A DNA stretch of 64,000 bases from an uncultured Clostridia bacterium (lineage in GTDB: Bacteria; Bacillota; Clostridia; TANB77; CAG-508), in the NCBI GenBank assembly GCA_944386135.1, contig CALWZW010000003.1, positions 19,128 to 83,127 of the forward strand, in the 5' to 3' direction. This document shows positions 20,344-31,093 of the stretch, piece after piece; position 1 is the stretch's first letter, and every line of letters begins with the position of its first letter. The notes below the pieces were generated by a model. It did not search any database. It worked only from the letters and a program-made list of their open reading frames with translations, and had not been told where the DNA came from. A program made the translations under genes and the position numbers.

Positions 20344-22728
20344 GTGGTGGGAGTTTTGAAATATTTCGATAAATTACTAAAAATATTAAAAACAGATAGA
20401 AATACGTTCTTTACATATATATTTACATTAGCGACTATCTATATAGCGATAGACAGAATCGTAGAAATGCTATTTATGATGTTTACAGGAATTTCAGTTT
20501 CATATTGGGGACCTATAGCATATACACTAGCACTAGCATGCCCAGTATGTGCGTTCTTGTTTTCAGGATGTTCAAAATATGCATCATCAGGTAGACTTAA
20601 GCTAATGATTATATATGCTTATGCTATTGCACTTTATATAATTGCAATTTCAATGGTAACACAGTGGATAAATGCGGGAGCATGGATGTTCCTATTCTCA
20701 GTACCAAATTATCTTGAAATAGTAACCCAATTCTCAGAAGTTATTAAACCTGCATTCCAAGCAATAGCAATATATATACCACTTACTACGTTTTTCTCAA
20801 TATTCTGGTGGTGCTATGCAGGAGTTGCAGATTCAAGGTTAATACAAGAATCTATTTGGGACTACAAAGGAATTGACCTATCAAAGAAAACATCACAAAG
20901 TGGTGCATATAGTTTTGAAAACGTTATATCTTCAGATAAAGAAACAGGAAAAATAGTTAAGATATATGATAACAGAAGAGCAGAACCAATGTTGATTAGT
21001 GGTTCTTCTGGAATGGGAAAAACATCATTAGTTCTTGAACCAATGATGGCAAGAGATATAGAGAAAAAATACTTCTTTAAAGAAGCAGCAAAAGAGATGG
21101 GATTTACAGCACTAAAGACTGGACTTGCAACATTGAACTGCCCTTATGCAAATGACTATATAAATGAAAACTTTAGCTTAAATATGCTAGAACCAGTACC
21201 AGGAAAAGAAAAATTATATAAAGCATATTTGAGTAAAATGATATATAATGACGGACCTAAGATAACATATAAAGACTTAGGTATAACATTTATGTCTCCA
21301 GACTATGAATCAACAGAAAGAATGATAGAAGTTGTTAAAAACTTTGGACTAAAAGTTAATGAAGTAGATCCAAACAACTCAAATTCAATAGGATTAAATC
21401 CATTTTCTTATGGAGCACCAAGTGAAATTGCAGCAGTAATATCATCAATAATTGCAACAACTTATGCAAATTCAAGACCAGAGGATGACGAAGTATTTTT
21501 CCAAAATTCAGCTGCGCAAGCTATTGAGAATATAACAATACTTCTTGCAGAAATGTATCCAAGACTAAATGACGGATTACTTCCAAACCTAGAAGACATA
21601 CTTGATATGTTAAATGATTTTGATTTAGTAGAAGAAATGTGCAGAAAAGTAGAAGAAGATGAAGAATTATCTAAAGAACTTAGATTACAATTAGGATATT
21701 TCAAGAAATATTTTTATAAAAATTCTTCAATGAGAGAAGATACAGAAAAATATGTACATATAGCAATTACACAATTAGATATGCTCCTTAGAATACAAGG
21801 CTTAAGAAATATTTTATGTAATAGAACAAATAACATAAATTTTGATACAATGCTTGAAAAAGGAGAAATTACAATAGTTTGCACAAGAAGAGGAGATTTA
21901 GGACCAGTAATTCAAAAAGCATTCGGACTATTTTTCTTACTTTCAATGCAACGTTCAGTATTAAAAAGACCTGGAAATGAAAACTCAAGAATACCACACT
22001 TACTATATATAGATGAGTTCCCTGATTTCTTGTGTGATGCAACACTTGGACTAGTAACATTGTATAGAAAATATAAAGTAGGAACAATAATAACAACTCA
22101 AAACTTAGAACAACTAGAAGCTACACAAACTTCAAGAAGAACAATTGTTACAAACTGTACAACAAAGATAGTAGTTGGAAATATCGCACCAGAAGAGTTA
22201 AAATTCTGGGTTGATGAATTCGGAGCAAGAAGAATGTGGGTTTACTCTCAAGACATGAGCATGAAAGCAGAAGGACAAGGAAAACAATTCTTAGGAGGAG
22301 AATCATCAGTAAAAGATGTTTCTTATGGAGATTTCAAAGGTGTTAAATGGGCATATAAAAACTGGTTTGAACCTGCTAAACTTCAAAACTCACTTACATT
22401 TAAATGGTGTGCATTCAAATATAAAGATGATAAAGGAAGACCATTTGCAGGAGTTGCTAAACTTGATTTTATGCCTTCAAAATACAAGGAACCACATAAA
22501 TCAAAGAACTTCGACTTTACAAAATATCAAAGTGGAATTGCAAATGAGGGAAGTGTAAAAACTTCAAAGAGAAGACATGGATTTGATCCAAAGAGAGTTG
22601 ATTTTGACTCATTTAATGATAGTGAAGAAATTGACCCAATTCAAACAGACTCAACAGATGCAAGCTTCTTATTTAACAATGAAGATGCAATTGTATACGA
22701 TATGCATCGAGATTCAAAAAAGAATTAA
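20344..22728 (+). CDS. TraG/TraD/VirD4-like coupling ATPase with N-terminal membrane domain
   Basis: About 5 N-terminal TM helices, Walker A ISGSSGMGKTS, Walker B-like LLYIDEFPDF, and a basic/acidic C-terminal tail. Intact ORF. Confidence 0.6.
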   Translation: MVGVLKYFDKLLKILKTDRNTFFTYIFTLATIYIAIDRIVEMLFMMFTGISVSYWGPIAYTLALACPVCAFLFSGCSKYASSGRLKLMIIYAYAIALYIIAISMVTQWINAGAWMFLFSVPNYLEIVTQFSEVIKPAFQAIAIYIPLTTFFSIFWWCYAGVADSRLIQESIWDYKGIDLSKKTSQSGAYSFENVISSDKETGKIVKIYDNRRAEPMLISGSSGMGKTSLVLEPMMARDIEKKYFFKEAAKEMGFTALKTGLATLNCPYANDYINENFSLNMLEPVPGKEKLYKAYLSKMIYNDGPKITYKDLGITFMSPDYESTERMIEVVKNFGLKVNEVDPNNSNSIGLNPFSYGAPSEIAAVISSIIATTYANSRPEDDEVFFQNSAAQAIENITILLAEMYPRLNDGLLPNLEDILDMLNDFDLVEEMCRKVEEDEELSKELRLQLGYFKKYFYKNSSMREDTEKYVHIAITQLDMLLRIQGLRNILCNRTNNINFDTMLEKGEITIVCTRRGDLGPVIQKAFGLFFLLSMQRSVLKRPGNENSRIPHLLYIDEFPDFLCDATLGLVTLYRKYKVGTIITTQNLEQLEATQTSRRTIVTNCTTKIVVGNIAPEELKFWVDEFGARRMWVYSQDMSMKAEGQGKQFLGGESSVKDVSYGDFKGVKWAYKNWFEPAKLQNSLTFKWCAFKYKDDKGRPFAGVAKLDFMPSKYKEPHKSKNFDFTKYQSGIANEGSVKTSKRRHGFDPKRVDFDSFNDSEEIDPIQTDSTDASFLFNNEDAIVYDMHRDSKKN

Positions 22729-22730
22729 AA

Positions 22731-22766
22731 AATAAATCTCGCTTTATTGCGAGATTTATTTTTTTT
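22731..22766 (+). terminator. Rho-independent terminator
   Basis: aaatctcgc tttatt gcgagattt followed by a T-run. Confidence 0.8.
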
Positions 22767-22791
22767 GCCAATGGGGACGCATCTAAAATGG
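22767..22791 (+). repeat. 25-nt motif gccaatggggacgcatctaaaatgg (copy 1)
   Basis: Recurs inverted at 33456-33480 with 1 mismatch, and partially at 31036-31056. All three copies abut terminators. Confidence 0.7.
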
Positions 22792-22803
22792 CAGAAACTT
22801 TTT

Positions 22804-22968
22804 TTATCGAATTAGTGTAATGGCAATTGGAGCAATTAATGCAATAATAGATAAAAAGCCACACACAATTCCTCCAACTTTATTAGAATTATCTTTGTAT
22901 TCATAAATTGCATATCCGATTGTTTTAAAAAAAGTATATATACTTAAAATTATAACAACAAATGTCAT
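22804..22968 (-). CDS. Small two-TM membrane protein (54 aa)
   Basis: RBS ggagg 7 nt upstream of the ATG. Product MTFVVIILSIYTFFKTIGYAIYEYKDNSNKVGGIVCGFLSIIALIAPIAITLIR. Below the ORF-track length cut-off. Confidence 0.4.
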   Translation of the reverse strand: MTFVVIILSIYTFFKTIGYAIYEYKDNSNKVGGIVCGFLSIIALIAPIAITLIR

Positions 22969-22990
22969 AAAAACCTCCTTCTAGCCAAAT

Positions 22991-24229
22991 TTAAGATATT
23001 AAATAGCTAGAGATAACATCTATTTCTACATTTACATCAAAAAAAGCATTAGAATAATTATTTAACCAGTCATATTTTATCCATTCATCCCAAGTATTAA
23101 AATATTTAACAGCATGTTTTCCAAGTAAAGCTATATCTGATTTATAATCTTTAGAAGTCTTATAAAAATAATTTTCCAATTCACTTTTTATATAAGAAGT
23201 AGCATAAGATTCAATTAACTCTAAATTATTTTCATCAAAATAATTAGAAGTCTTGTTAGCAGACAATATTCTTGAATCTAATTTTACTTTTGTTGTAATA
23301 TATGGTGAACCGGTCTATAATTTTAACATCATTTTCTGTATTTTTATCAAGAGTTACATATAAATCTATAGAGCTATCTTCATCAAAAGGACTAGGAATA
23401 GACAGGTAACATTCTTCTAACTCACTAGTTACCATTAAATGACATATAGTTTCAATAGCAGTTAATTCTCCGAACAAGAACATCTCCCTTAAAAACTGCT
23501 AACCCAACAACATCTATGTTAGTTGAAGAATTAGAAGGATCATCATTATTAGAAGTTGTTTCACCAGCAATTGTATCAGTATCAGGAGCTGCTTTTTCAC
23601 TTAAAGCAGTAGGAGAAGCAGAAGCACCGAAGAATTGCAGATGGCTCACCATAGGTATCAATAAGTCGGTTAAATACGTCTGAAATAGTTATGTCTGCAG
23701 TATATCCGGTTGTACGACTAGAAGTTGCAATTATTTCATAATATTTAGCTGTAATACTTTCAAGTTCTGATTTAGAGTCAGCAAGAAAATCATAAGCAGT
23801 AGAACGAGATACAATAACGTTACAATCTGGTCTAACTTCTATGTGATTTACTAAAGTATAAATAATGTCAGAAATACCCATACTTGCAACTTCTTCTGAT
23901 ATAACCAGAACTTTACAATGAGAAAGGTTTATTATTTTACTAATATAACCGATTTGCAAGATTTATACCAGTTTCAATAGAAGGACATTCTATAGTATCA
24001 ATTACAGTATCAGAAGAGTCTGAAGAACTAGAAGAACCACTATCAGAACTATTTTTAGAAGGAATAGCAATCTGAAAACTTACTTTTAGATTGCTTTCAC
24101 TTCCGCACATCCACACCGAATTGCAACAACATATGCCATATCATTTATATTTTGCTTAGCAGCATATCCGTTTATAGTAAATGCTACAAGAATTATTGCA
24201 ATAAGTAGTATATTAAGAAACTTTTTCAA
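22991..24229 (-). CDS. Spore germination protein, Ger(x)C family; six CGGN +1 steps
   Basis: Four ORF fragments plus an N-terminal piece join into one 410-aa product (AYVVAI-G-VDV-G-SESNLKVSF...). The extra base (plus-strand G of CCG) is at 24118, 24105, 23951, 23629, 23472 and 23312. TTG start at 24229 follows RBS aggag and overlaps the end of gerAB. Confidence 0.8.
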
Positions 24230-25333
24230 TATTTTTTTCTCCTTTCGTTAATTCACGCTTTTTCTTTATATAAGCAAGAATTAAAATTATAAAACATATA
24301 AAGAAAACTAATGCTATAGAAACATATTTGTAAAAAGTATTCTCAAAGAAAACTGTATCAGTAACATTTTTAGGAATCATGGCTATAGCAAATAAAATGG
24401 CTGATAAACAGTATACCATAGCACTTTCATATTTTGTTGCAATAACTTTTTTTAGAGATTTTAGTGCAAAATGTAAAATAATTCCTAAATAACTAAAAAT
24501 TGACATAACCCATATTAGTAGAAAAATAGCATCCATACTTTGAATAAAGTCACCAATACTTACTTTTCTAGCCAAAACATATATAGATAAAGTATTATTT
24601 AGCTCAGACATTGATGGTATTAAAAAAAGTAAAGCAGTAACTTCAAGTAACAAAAATATAGTAAATATTGTAATAGATATGAGTCCAATTTTCTTAAAAT
24701 TTTTGCCGGTCGCCAATAAGAGGACAAATTAATAAAAGTATAAAGGAACTACTAAAAGCAAAAATATTTCCGAAGTCCATTCAGAAAGGTTTCTGATGCT
24801 CCGTATCCGAGAATTGGTAAGGCTCTTTCTGGAACAAAGTCAGATACAGATGATATAAATATTATTATCATTGAGACTAATACAATAGGCAAAATAAAAA
24901 CAGTAGTCCTAGCAATCACTTTAAAGCCAAATAGATTAAGAATAATGGCAATAGCAATAAATATAAGAATAACTATTTCTAAATCTATATTAGGAAAGGA
25001 TATAAGTACTAGACTTTCTGCCAAAGTTCTAACCACAAAGGCAGAAAGTACTAAAAGATAGATGCAAACAATAATAGTAAAAATGTTTTTTACAGTTTTC
25101 CCAGCAACATATTCGCAAATATCTATTATATCGCTGTTTGGAAAAAGCTTAAGAATTCTTGATATAATATAAAAAAATATGAGAAAAATTATAAAAACAT
25201 AAATAAGGTTTAGTATTGTTGCAGAACCAGTTTCAGTAATTAAATGATTTGGAACATTTAATATAATGTGAGAAATCATAACAGTAACAATAATTGCAAT
25301 AGCTTGAAATGTTCCAAGTTTTCTTTCCTTCAT
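24213..25333 (-). CDS. Spore germination protein, GerAB (amino-acid-permease-like) family; two CGGN +1 steps
   Basis: 10-TM permease-like product. ORFs 24752-25333 and 24213-24716 join via the extra base at 24772 and 24708 (NGL-G-NIFAF...LIGD-G-KNFKK). Corrected length is 1119 nt. Confidence 0.8.
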
Positions 25334-25372
25334 TAAAAAACCTCCATTCTAAATATTTGTACTAAGATAAAG

Positions 25373-27086
25373 TCAAGCATCATTTTTGCTTTTCCACTTC
25401 ATACTTATATCATCTTGCTTTTTTTGCCTCTTTGTTTTTAAAAAGCTTCTTCTATTTTCTCTTTTCCACTCAGGAGATAAAAAGTAACCGTCATTATCAG
25501 AACTTGCAGAAGGAGAAAAAGGACTTAAATAAGATACTCCAAATGAATTTATACTTGAGATAACAGCTAAGTGTAAAACAAGTCCAAAAGCAATACCTAA
25601 AAATCCTGCAAGGTAGCCTAAAATAATATATGCAAATCGAGTTAAACGCATATGAAAACTTAAAGAATAATCAGGAACAGCAAATGAAGTTATACCAGTG
25701 ATTGCAATGACAATTACAAGTATAGGGCTTACTAAATTTGCTGAAACCGCAGCTTCTCCTAGAATAAGAGCTCCGAACAATACTTATAGTTTGACCTAAA
25801 GGAGATGGCACTCTAACGCCAGCTTCTCTTATTAATTCCAAAGAAAGTTCCATAATCAAGATTTCGAAAATTATGGGAAATGGCACATTACTTCTCGAGG
25901 CAATAATTGCAAAAAGGAATTCAGTAGGGATTAGTTCTTGATGATATGTTGTAATTGCAACATAAAAACCAGGAAGAAGTATTGATAGAAATAGAGCAAG
26001 AAGCCTAATTCCTTTTAAAAGGTTTGCAAATTGATGCTTTAAGTTTTTATCTTCAGGTGAGGCAAAAAAATCAATAAAAACACCTGGAATAACTAAAGCA
26101 TAAGGAGTACCGATTCACTAAAACAGCAATTCTTCCTTCTAGCACATATGAAGCAACTCTATCAGGTCTTTCAGAAGAAATAACTTGAGGAAGACTATAT
26201 TCACTATCCTCAATAAGATGTTCTAATTGACCAGAAGAGGTTAAATAATCAATACCAAGATTATTTATCCTATATCTTACTTCTGCAACTAAATCATCAT
26301 TAACAACATTTTTTAAATAACATAGTCCGTATTTTAGTTGCACTAATAGTTCCGAACACTCATATCTTCAATAATAAAATTTTCATTATTAATAAATCTT
26401 CTTAAAAGACTTGTATTTGTACGAATGGATTCTACAAATCCTTCTTGTGGACCTCTTATTACAATTTCATTTTTTGGAGGGGTAATACTACGTTTTTCAA
26501 ACCCTTTAGCATCAATCAGGAAAACTGTATCAATTGTATCAATAAAAAGAGCTGACATTCCAGCATTTACCTTTTGAAAGATATCTTTAAATTTAGTAGA
26601 AGTTGATACATCATTTTGAGGAACTAGACATTCAGATATATAGTCTATAAGGTTAAATTTTTTTATACGGCGTACTACGGCATTATTTGTGACAGCTGTA
26701 CTTACAACATTGGGTTCAGAAGTATTTGTATTAGAACTATTTTTCAACATAAGTGGTTCTATAACAAATTTATTTATGGATTTAGTATCAATCATTCCAT
26801 CAATATAGAGTAGAAATGCGTTATATTGCTTATTTTTAGCATTTACGAAAAATTTTCTCAATTTTATATCACTATTTATTAGAGTATTGTATTTAGCCTT
26901 TACATATTCTAAGTTAACATCGATAGAAGTATAAACATTTTCATTCACATTTTTCAAAGGGTCAAGCTCAGGAGAATTATTTGTGGTTTGACTATCTTGA
27001 GAAGCATCAGCATCTGGTAAAACAAAATCATAATCTTCACTTTCTTTAAATTTTAGAAAATTCATTAAATTCTCAAAGAATTTCAT
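25373..27086 (-). CDS. Spore germination protein, GerAA family; four CGGN +1 steps
   Basis: Family-typical MSV-G-TISATKI-G-LCYLKNVVNDDLVAEV, VLVN-G-TPYALVIPGVFIDFF and TISIV-G-ALILGEAAV. Extra base at 26354, 26329, 26112 and 25775. Corrected length is 1710 nt. Confidence 0.8.
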
Positions 27087-27313
27087 AAATAATATAACCT
27101 CCATTATAATAACGCTTTTAATATGAAAACAATAATAGTATTTCTCAAAAATTAATAAATATGTATTTATTTTACAGCCTGGTGAACTCCAAAAATGTAT
27201 TAAATTTGCTATAAAATAAAATGCAAAGACTTATTTTTTCTCAAAATAAGTAGATTTTTTAAAGTTTGTGTGATATAATTTTAAAATAATATTTATAGAA
27301 AAGAGGTAAATAT

Positions 27314-27772
27314 ATGGAAAAAATAAGAGGATTTGAAATTGCAAAAGGATTTGAAGATAAAGAAATAAATATGCCAGTACGTAAAACAAAGTTTTCTGCT
27401 GGATATGATATAGAAGCAGCAGAGGATACAGTTATTCCTTCATTCAAAAAAGGAATGAACCCAACACTTGTAAAAACAGGATTAAAAGCATATATGCAAG
27501 ATGATGAATATCTAAAACTATGCAACAGAAGCTCAAACCCTAAAAAGAAAGGGCTAATTCTTGCAAATAGTATAGGAGTTGTAGATGCAGATTATTATGG
27601 AAATCCTGATAATGACGGACATATCATGTTTGCATTTTATAATATAAAAGAAGAGGATACAGTCGTAAAAAAAGGTGAATGTATAGGACAAGCTATATTT
27701 GAAAAATTTCTAGTAGCAGATGAAGATAAGGCTGAGGGAGAACGTGTAGGAGGATTCGGCTCTACTAATTAA
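27314..27772 (+). CDS. dut: dUTP diphosphatase
   Basis: SAGYDI, NSIGVVDADYYG and GGFGSTN motifs of trimeric dUTPases. Confidence 0.85.
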   Translation: MEKIRGFEIAKGFEDKEINMPVRKTKFSAGYDIEAAEDTVIPSFKKGMNPTLVKTGLKAYMQDDEYLKLCNRSSNPKKKGLILANSIGVVDADYYGNPDNDGHIMFAFYNIKEEDTVVKKGECIGQAIFEKFLVADEDKAEGERVGGFGSTN

Positions 27773-27943
27773 TTCAAACAATAATCATCATTTGGCGTCG
27801 TTAAACTTCATTAAGAATAAAATCAACGTGCAAAAGCACGCCTCATTTATTCTTAATTCGTTTGCCAGCTCTGCATACTGACGCTGTAACAGGCAAAGCC
27901 TTAACAGCTTCAGCATAGCCAACTAATAATTCTTGTTTGAATT
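27771..27943. repeat. Palindromic intergenic element, copy E3 (mosaic of modules A and B)
   Basis: Outer arms aattcaaacaataat/ataattcttgtttgaatt. Inner module tcaacgtgcaaaagcacgcctc is shared with E4 and E7. Module gcatactgacgctgtaacaggcaaagccttaacagc is shared with E6. Confidence 0.8.
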
Positions 27944-28026
27944 ATAATAAGAATTACTCGTTTCTTTTTAAATCGAAAAAAATCAATGAAATCAAATTTT
28001 ACAATTATGAAAGAGGGATAAATAAA

Positions 28027-29784
28027 ATGACAGCAATTGAGATAAGAAACAAATTTTTAAACTATTTCAGAAGTCATGGACACAAAATAATACCAAGCGC
28101 ACCACTAATACCAGAGAATGATCCATCAGTTCTTTTTACAACTGCTGGAATGCATCCACTTGTGCCATATTTACTTGGAGAAAAACATCCAGAAGGAACA
28201 AGACTTGCAGATTACCAAAAATGTTTAAGAACAGTAGATATTGACGAAGTAGGAGATAATAGACATCTAACATTCTTTGAAATGCTTGGAAATTGGTCTT
28301 TAGGAGACTATTTTAAAAACGAATCAATAAGATATAGTATAGAATTCTTAACAAAAGAGCTTAATATTCCAATTGAAAAACTATCAGTAACATGCTTTGC
28401 AGGTGATAAAGATGCACCACGTGACGAAGAAACAGCCAAAGTATGGGAAGAAGTTGGAATGCCAAAGGAAAGAATATATTATTTTGGAAAGAATGACAAC
28501 TGGTGGATAGCAGGAGATGAGGGACCTTGTGGACCTGATACAGAAATATTCTATGATACTGGAAAGCCAGCATGTTCTGACAATTGCAATCCTTCATGTG
28601 ATTGTGGAAAGTATGTAGAAATATGGAATAATGTATTTATGGAATACTATAAACATAAAGACGGAACATATACAAAATTAAAACAAAGAAATGTAGATAC
28701 AGGACTTGGACTAGAGAGAATAAACATGCTTCTTCAAGGAAAAGAAACACCTTTTGATACAGAGATATTCAAACCAATAATGGATAAACTACAAGAACTT
28801 GCAAAAAATGATAATTTAGAGAGCAGAAGAATAGTTGCAGAACATTTAAGAGCAAGTATGATGATTATTGCAGATGGAGGAAAACCAAGCAATATTGATA
28901 GAGGATATATTTTAAGAAGACTAATAAGAAGAATGATAAGGCATCTAAATAAATTAGAAATAAACTTAGATAGACTAAAAGAATTAATCGAATTAAATAT
29001 TGAAAACTTAAAAGAAATGTATCCAGAACTTATGCAAAACAAAGAAAATATAATAAATACAATAATGGAAGAAAAAGACAAGTTCGTAAAGACCTTAGTA
29101 AATGGAGAAAAAGAATTACAAAAAGAATTAAATAAACTAAAAGAAAAGAATATAGATATACTTTCAGCAGAAGAAGTATTTAGATTATATGAAACCTATG
29201 GATTTCCTCCAGAAGTTACAAAAGAGATAGCAAAGGAAAATGGATTCAAGGTTGATTTAGAGACTTTTGATAAGCTATTTAAAGAACATCAAGAAAAATC
29301 AAGACTTGGTTCAGAACAAAAATTTAAGGGCGGACTTGCAGACCAAAGTGAAGAGACAATTGCATATCATACAGCAACACATCTTTTGCATAAAGCACTA
29401 CAAATAGTTTTAGGAGACCATGCAGTGCAAAAAGGCTCAAATATTACAAGTGAAAGATTAAGATTTGATTTTTCACATCCACAAAAACTTACAAAAGAAG
29501 AATTAGATAAAGTAGAACAAATTGTAAATGAACAAATACAAAGAGATTTACCAGTCACATGTGAAGAAATGAGCTATGAAGATGCAAAAAACAGTGGAGC
29601 AATTGGATTGTTTGCAAATAAATATGGAGATAAAGTTAAAGTGTACACAATAGGAGACTTTAGTAAAGAAATTTGCGGTGGACCACATGTAACACACACA
29701 GGAGTTTTAGGAACATTCAAAATAAAAAAGGAAGAAGCATCTTCAGCAGGAGTCAGACGTATTAAGGCAGTACTTATTAAATAA
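28027..29784 (+). CDS. alaS: Alanine--tRNA ligase, short form (585 aa, no C-Ala domain)
   Basis: AlaRS catalytic motifs (FTTAGMHP, FFEMLGNWS.GDYFK, CGPDTEIFYD) and editing-domain motifs (HTATHLLH, CGGPHV). The ORF ends right after the editing domain. Confidence 0.8.
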   Translation: MTAIEIRNKFLNYFRSHGHKIIPSAPLIPENDPSVLFTTAGMHPLVPYLLGEKHPEGTRLADYQKCLRTVDIDEVGDNRHLTFFEMLGNWSLGDYFKNESIRYSIEFLTKELNIPIEKLSVTCFAGDKDAPRDEETAKVWEEVGMPKERIYYFGKNDNWWIAGDEGPCGPDTEIFYDTGKPACSDNCNPSCDCGKYVEIWNNVFMEYYKHKDGTYTKLKQRNVDTGLGLERINMLLQGKETPFDTEIFKPIMDKLQELAKNDNLESRRIVAEHLRASMMIIADGGKPSNIDRGYILRRLIRRMIRHLNKLEINLDRLKELIELNIENLKEMYPELMQNKENIINTIMEEKDKFVKTLVNGEKELQKELNKLKEKNIDILSAEEVFRLYETYGFPPEVTKEIAKENGFKVDLETFDKLFKEHQEKSRLGSEQKFKGGLADQSEETIAYHTATHLLHKALQIVLGDHAVQKGSNITSERLRFDFSHPQKLTKEELDKVEQIVNEQIQRDLPVTCEEMSYEDAKNSGAIGLFANKYGDKVKVYTIGDFSKEICGGPHVTHTGVLGTFKIKKEEASSAGVRRIKAVLIK

Positions 29785-29853
29785 ATGTGTGAATTGTGTC
29801 AATGGTGACTCTTGGGCAAATGACACAAAAGACAGTGTTGGAAAGGATAAAAT

Positions 29854-30189
29854 ATGGAAGAATGTATATTTTGTAAAATAATAAACAAAGAAATACCAAG
29901 TAATATAGTGTATGAAGATGACGAAGTATTAGCATTTAAAGATATAAACCCACAAGCACCTGTTCATATTATAGCTATACCAAAAAAACATGTAAGTTCT
30001 GTAATGGAAACTAAAAAAACAATTATAGCAGATATATTTGATGCTATACAAAAAATTGCAAAAGAACAAGGAATAGATAAATCAGGATTTAGAGTTATAA
30101 CAAACTGTGGTAAGGATGCAGGACAAACTGTAAATCATTTACATTTTCATATACTTGCAGGAGCTAATCTAGGAGAGAAAATAGTTTAA
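29854..30189 (+). CDS. HIT-family nucleotide hydrolase
   Basis: C.FCKI N-terminus and histidine triad HLHFHIL. Confidence 0.85.
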   Translation: MEECIFCKIINKEIPSNIVYEDDEVLAFKDINPQAPVHIIAIPKKHVSSVMETKKTIIADIFDAIQKIAKEQGIDKSGFRVITNCGKDAGQTVNHLHFHILAGANLGEKIV

Positions 30190-30267
30190 GAATAAATATG
30201 TACAAATTGTGAAAAATGTGCTATAATAAATATATATGGTAAAATTCAAAAACAAGGAGGATGAAAT

Positions 30268-30951
30268 ATGTTTAATAGTAAGTTTAATTCATTACTTACT
30301 GCATTACTAATAATTGCAATAATTGCAATATTAGCGATTATTGGATATTTTGGATATTCTATATATAATAAATATTACTTAAATGCAGGGGCAAAAGATG
30401 CTGTAGATGCATTTGAACAAGCAGTAGGAAACCAAAATACAGTAACGACTCCTCCAACAAATGAACTTGTTCAAAATGTAGTAATAGGTGGCGTGTCGGA
30501 GGGAGATTCGATGTATCAAAATCAAACTCAAAATAATAATACGTCGACCACTACATATTATGGATATGAAGTAGTAGGTACAATTTCAATTCCAGCAATA
30601 GATATAGAGTATCCAATACTAGGAAAGCCTGCAACAGATGCATTAAAAGTTGCTATAGTTTATCTTTCTGGTGCTGGAATCAATCAAGTAGGAAATACAG
30701 TTTTACAGGGACATAATTATAGAAATGGATTATTTTTCTCAAACTTGAGTAAGCTATCAGTTGGAGATAAGATATATATTACAGATAAAACAGGAACACA
30801 AGTAACTTATGAGGTTTATAGAAATTTTGAAGCAAAAGCTACAGATACAAGCTTTTACAAAAGAGATACAGAAGGAAAGAGAGAAGTTACATTGTCTACA
30901 TGTACAAATGATAATACAGTAAGAACAATTATCTTAGCAAGAGAAGTTTAA
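30268..30951 (+). CDS. Sortase-family transpeptidase
   Basis: N-terminal TM anchor, LQGHN catalytic His region, and TLSTC catalytic Cys motif with a downstream Arg. Confidence 0.8.
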   Translation: MFNSKFNSLLTALLIIAIIAILAIIGYFGYSIYNKYYLNAGAKDAVDAFEQAVGNQNTVTTPPTNELVQNVVIGGVSEGDSMYQNQTQNNNTSTTTYYGYEVVGTISIPAIDIEYPILGKPATDALKVAIVYLSGAGINQVGNTVLQGHNYRNGLFFSNLSKLSVGDKIYITDKTGTQVTYEVYRNFEAKATDTSFYKRDTEGKREVTLSTCTNDNTVRTIILAREV

Positions 30952-30995
30952 TAAATGATATCTGGACGGTTGCTTTAGCAATTCTCTTAGATATA

Positions 30996-31031
30996 CAGGC
31001 ACTTGTTTTAAATAAGTGCCTGTGTTTTTTT
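30996..31031 (+). terminator. Rho-independent terminator
   Basis: acaggcactt gttttaaat aagtgcctgt followed by a T-run. Confidence 0.8.
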
Positions 31032-31035
31032 GTAA

Positions 31036-31056
31036 ACGGGGGATGCATCTAGAATT
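31036..31056 (+). repeat. Partial copy of the gggGAyGCATCTArAAT motif
   Basis: acgggggatgcatctagaatt lies directly after the terminator. Similar to the core at 22772-22790. Confidence 0.4.
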
Positions 31057-31093
31057 ACAATTTTTAAATTTTGCGTTACATTCAAAAAAATTA

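Noticed and set aside
27771-27943. Palindromic elements as tRNA-like, CRISPR or riboswitch features
   Set aside because: They have no tRNA T-loop or D-loop signatures and no repeat-spacer organisation. They lie 3' of genes rather than in 5' leaders, so I treat them as MITE/REP-like repeats.
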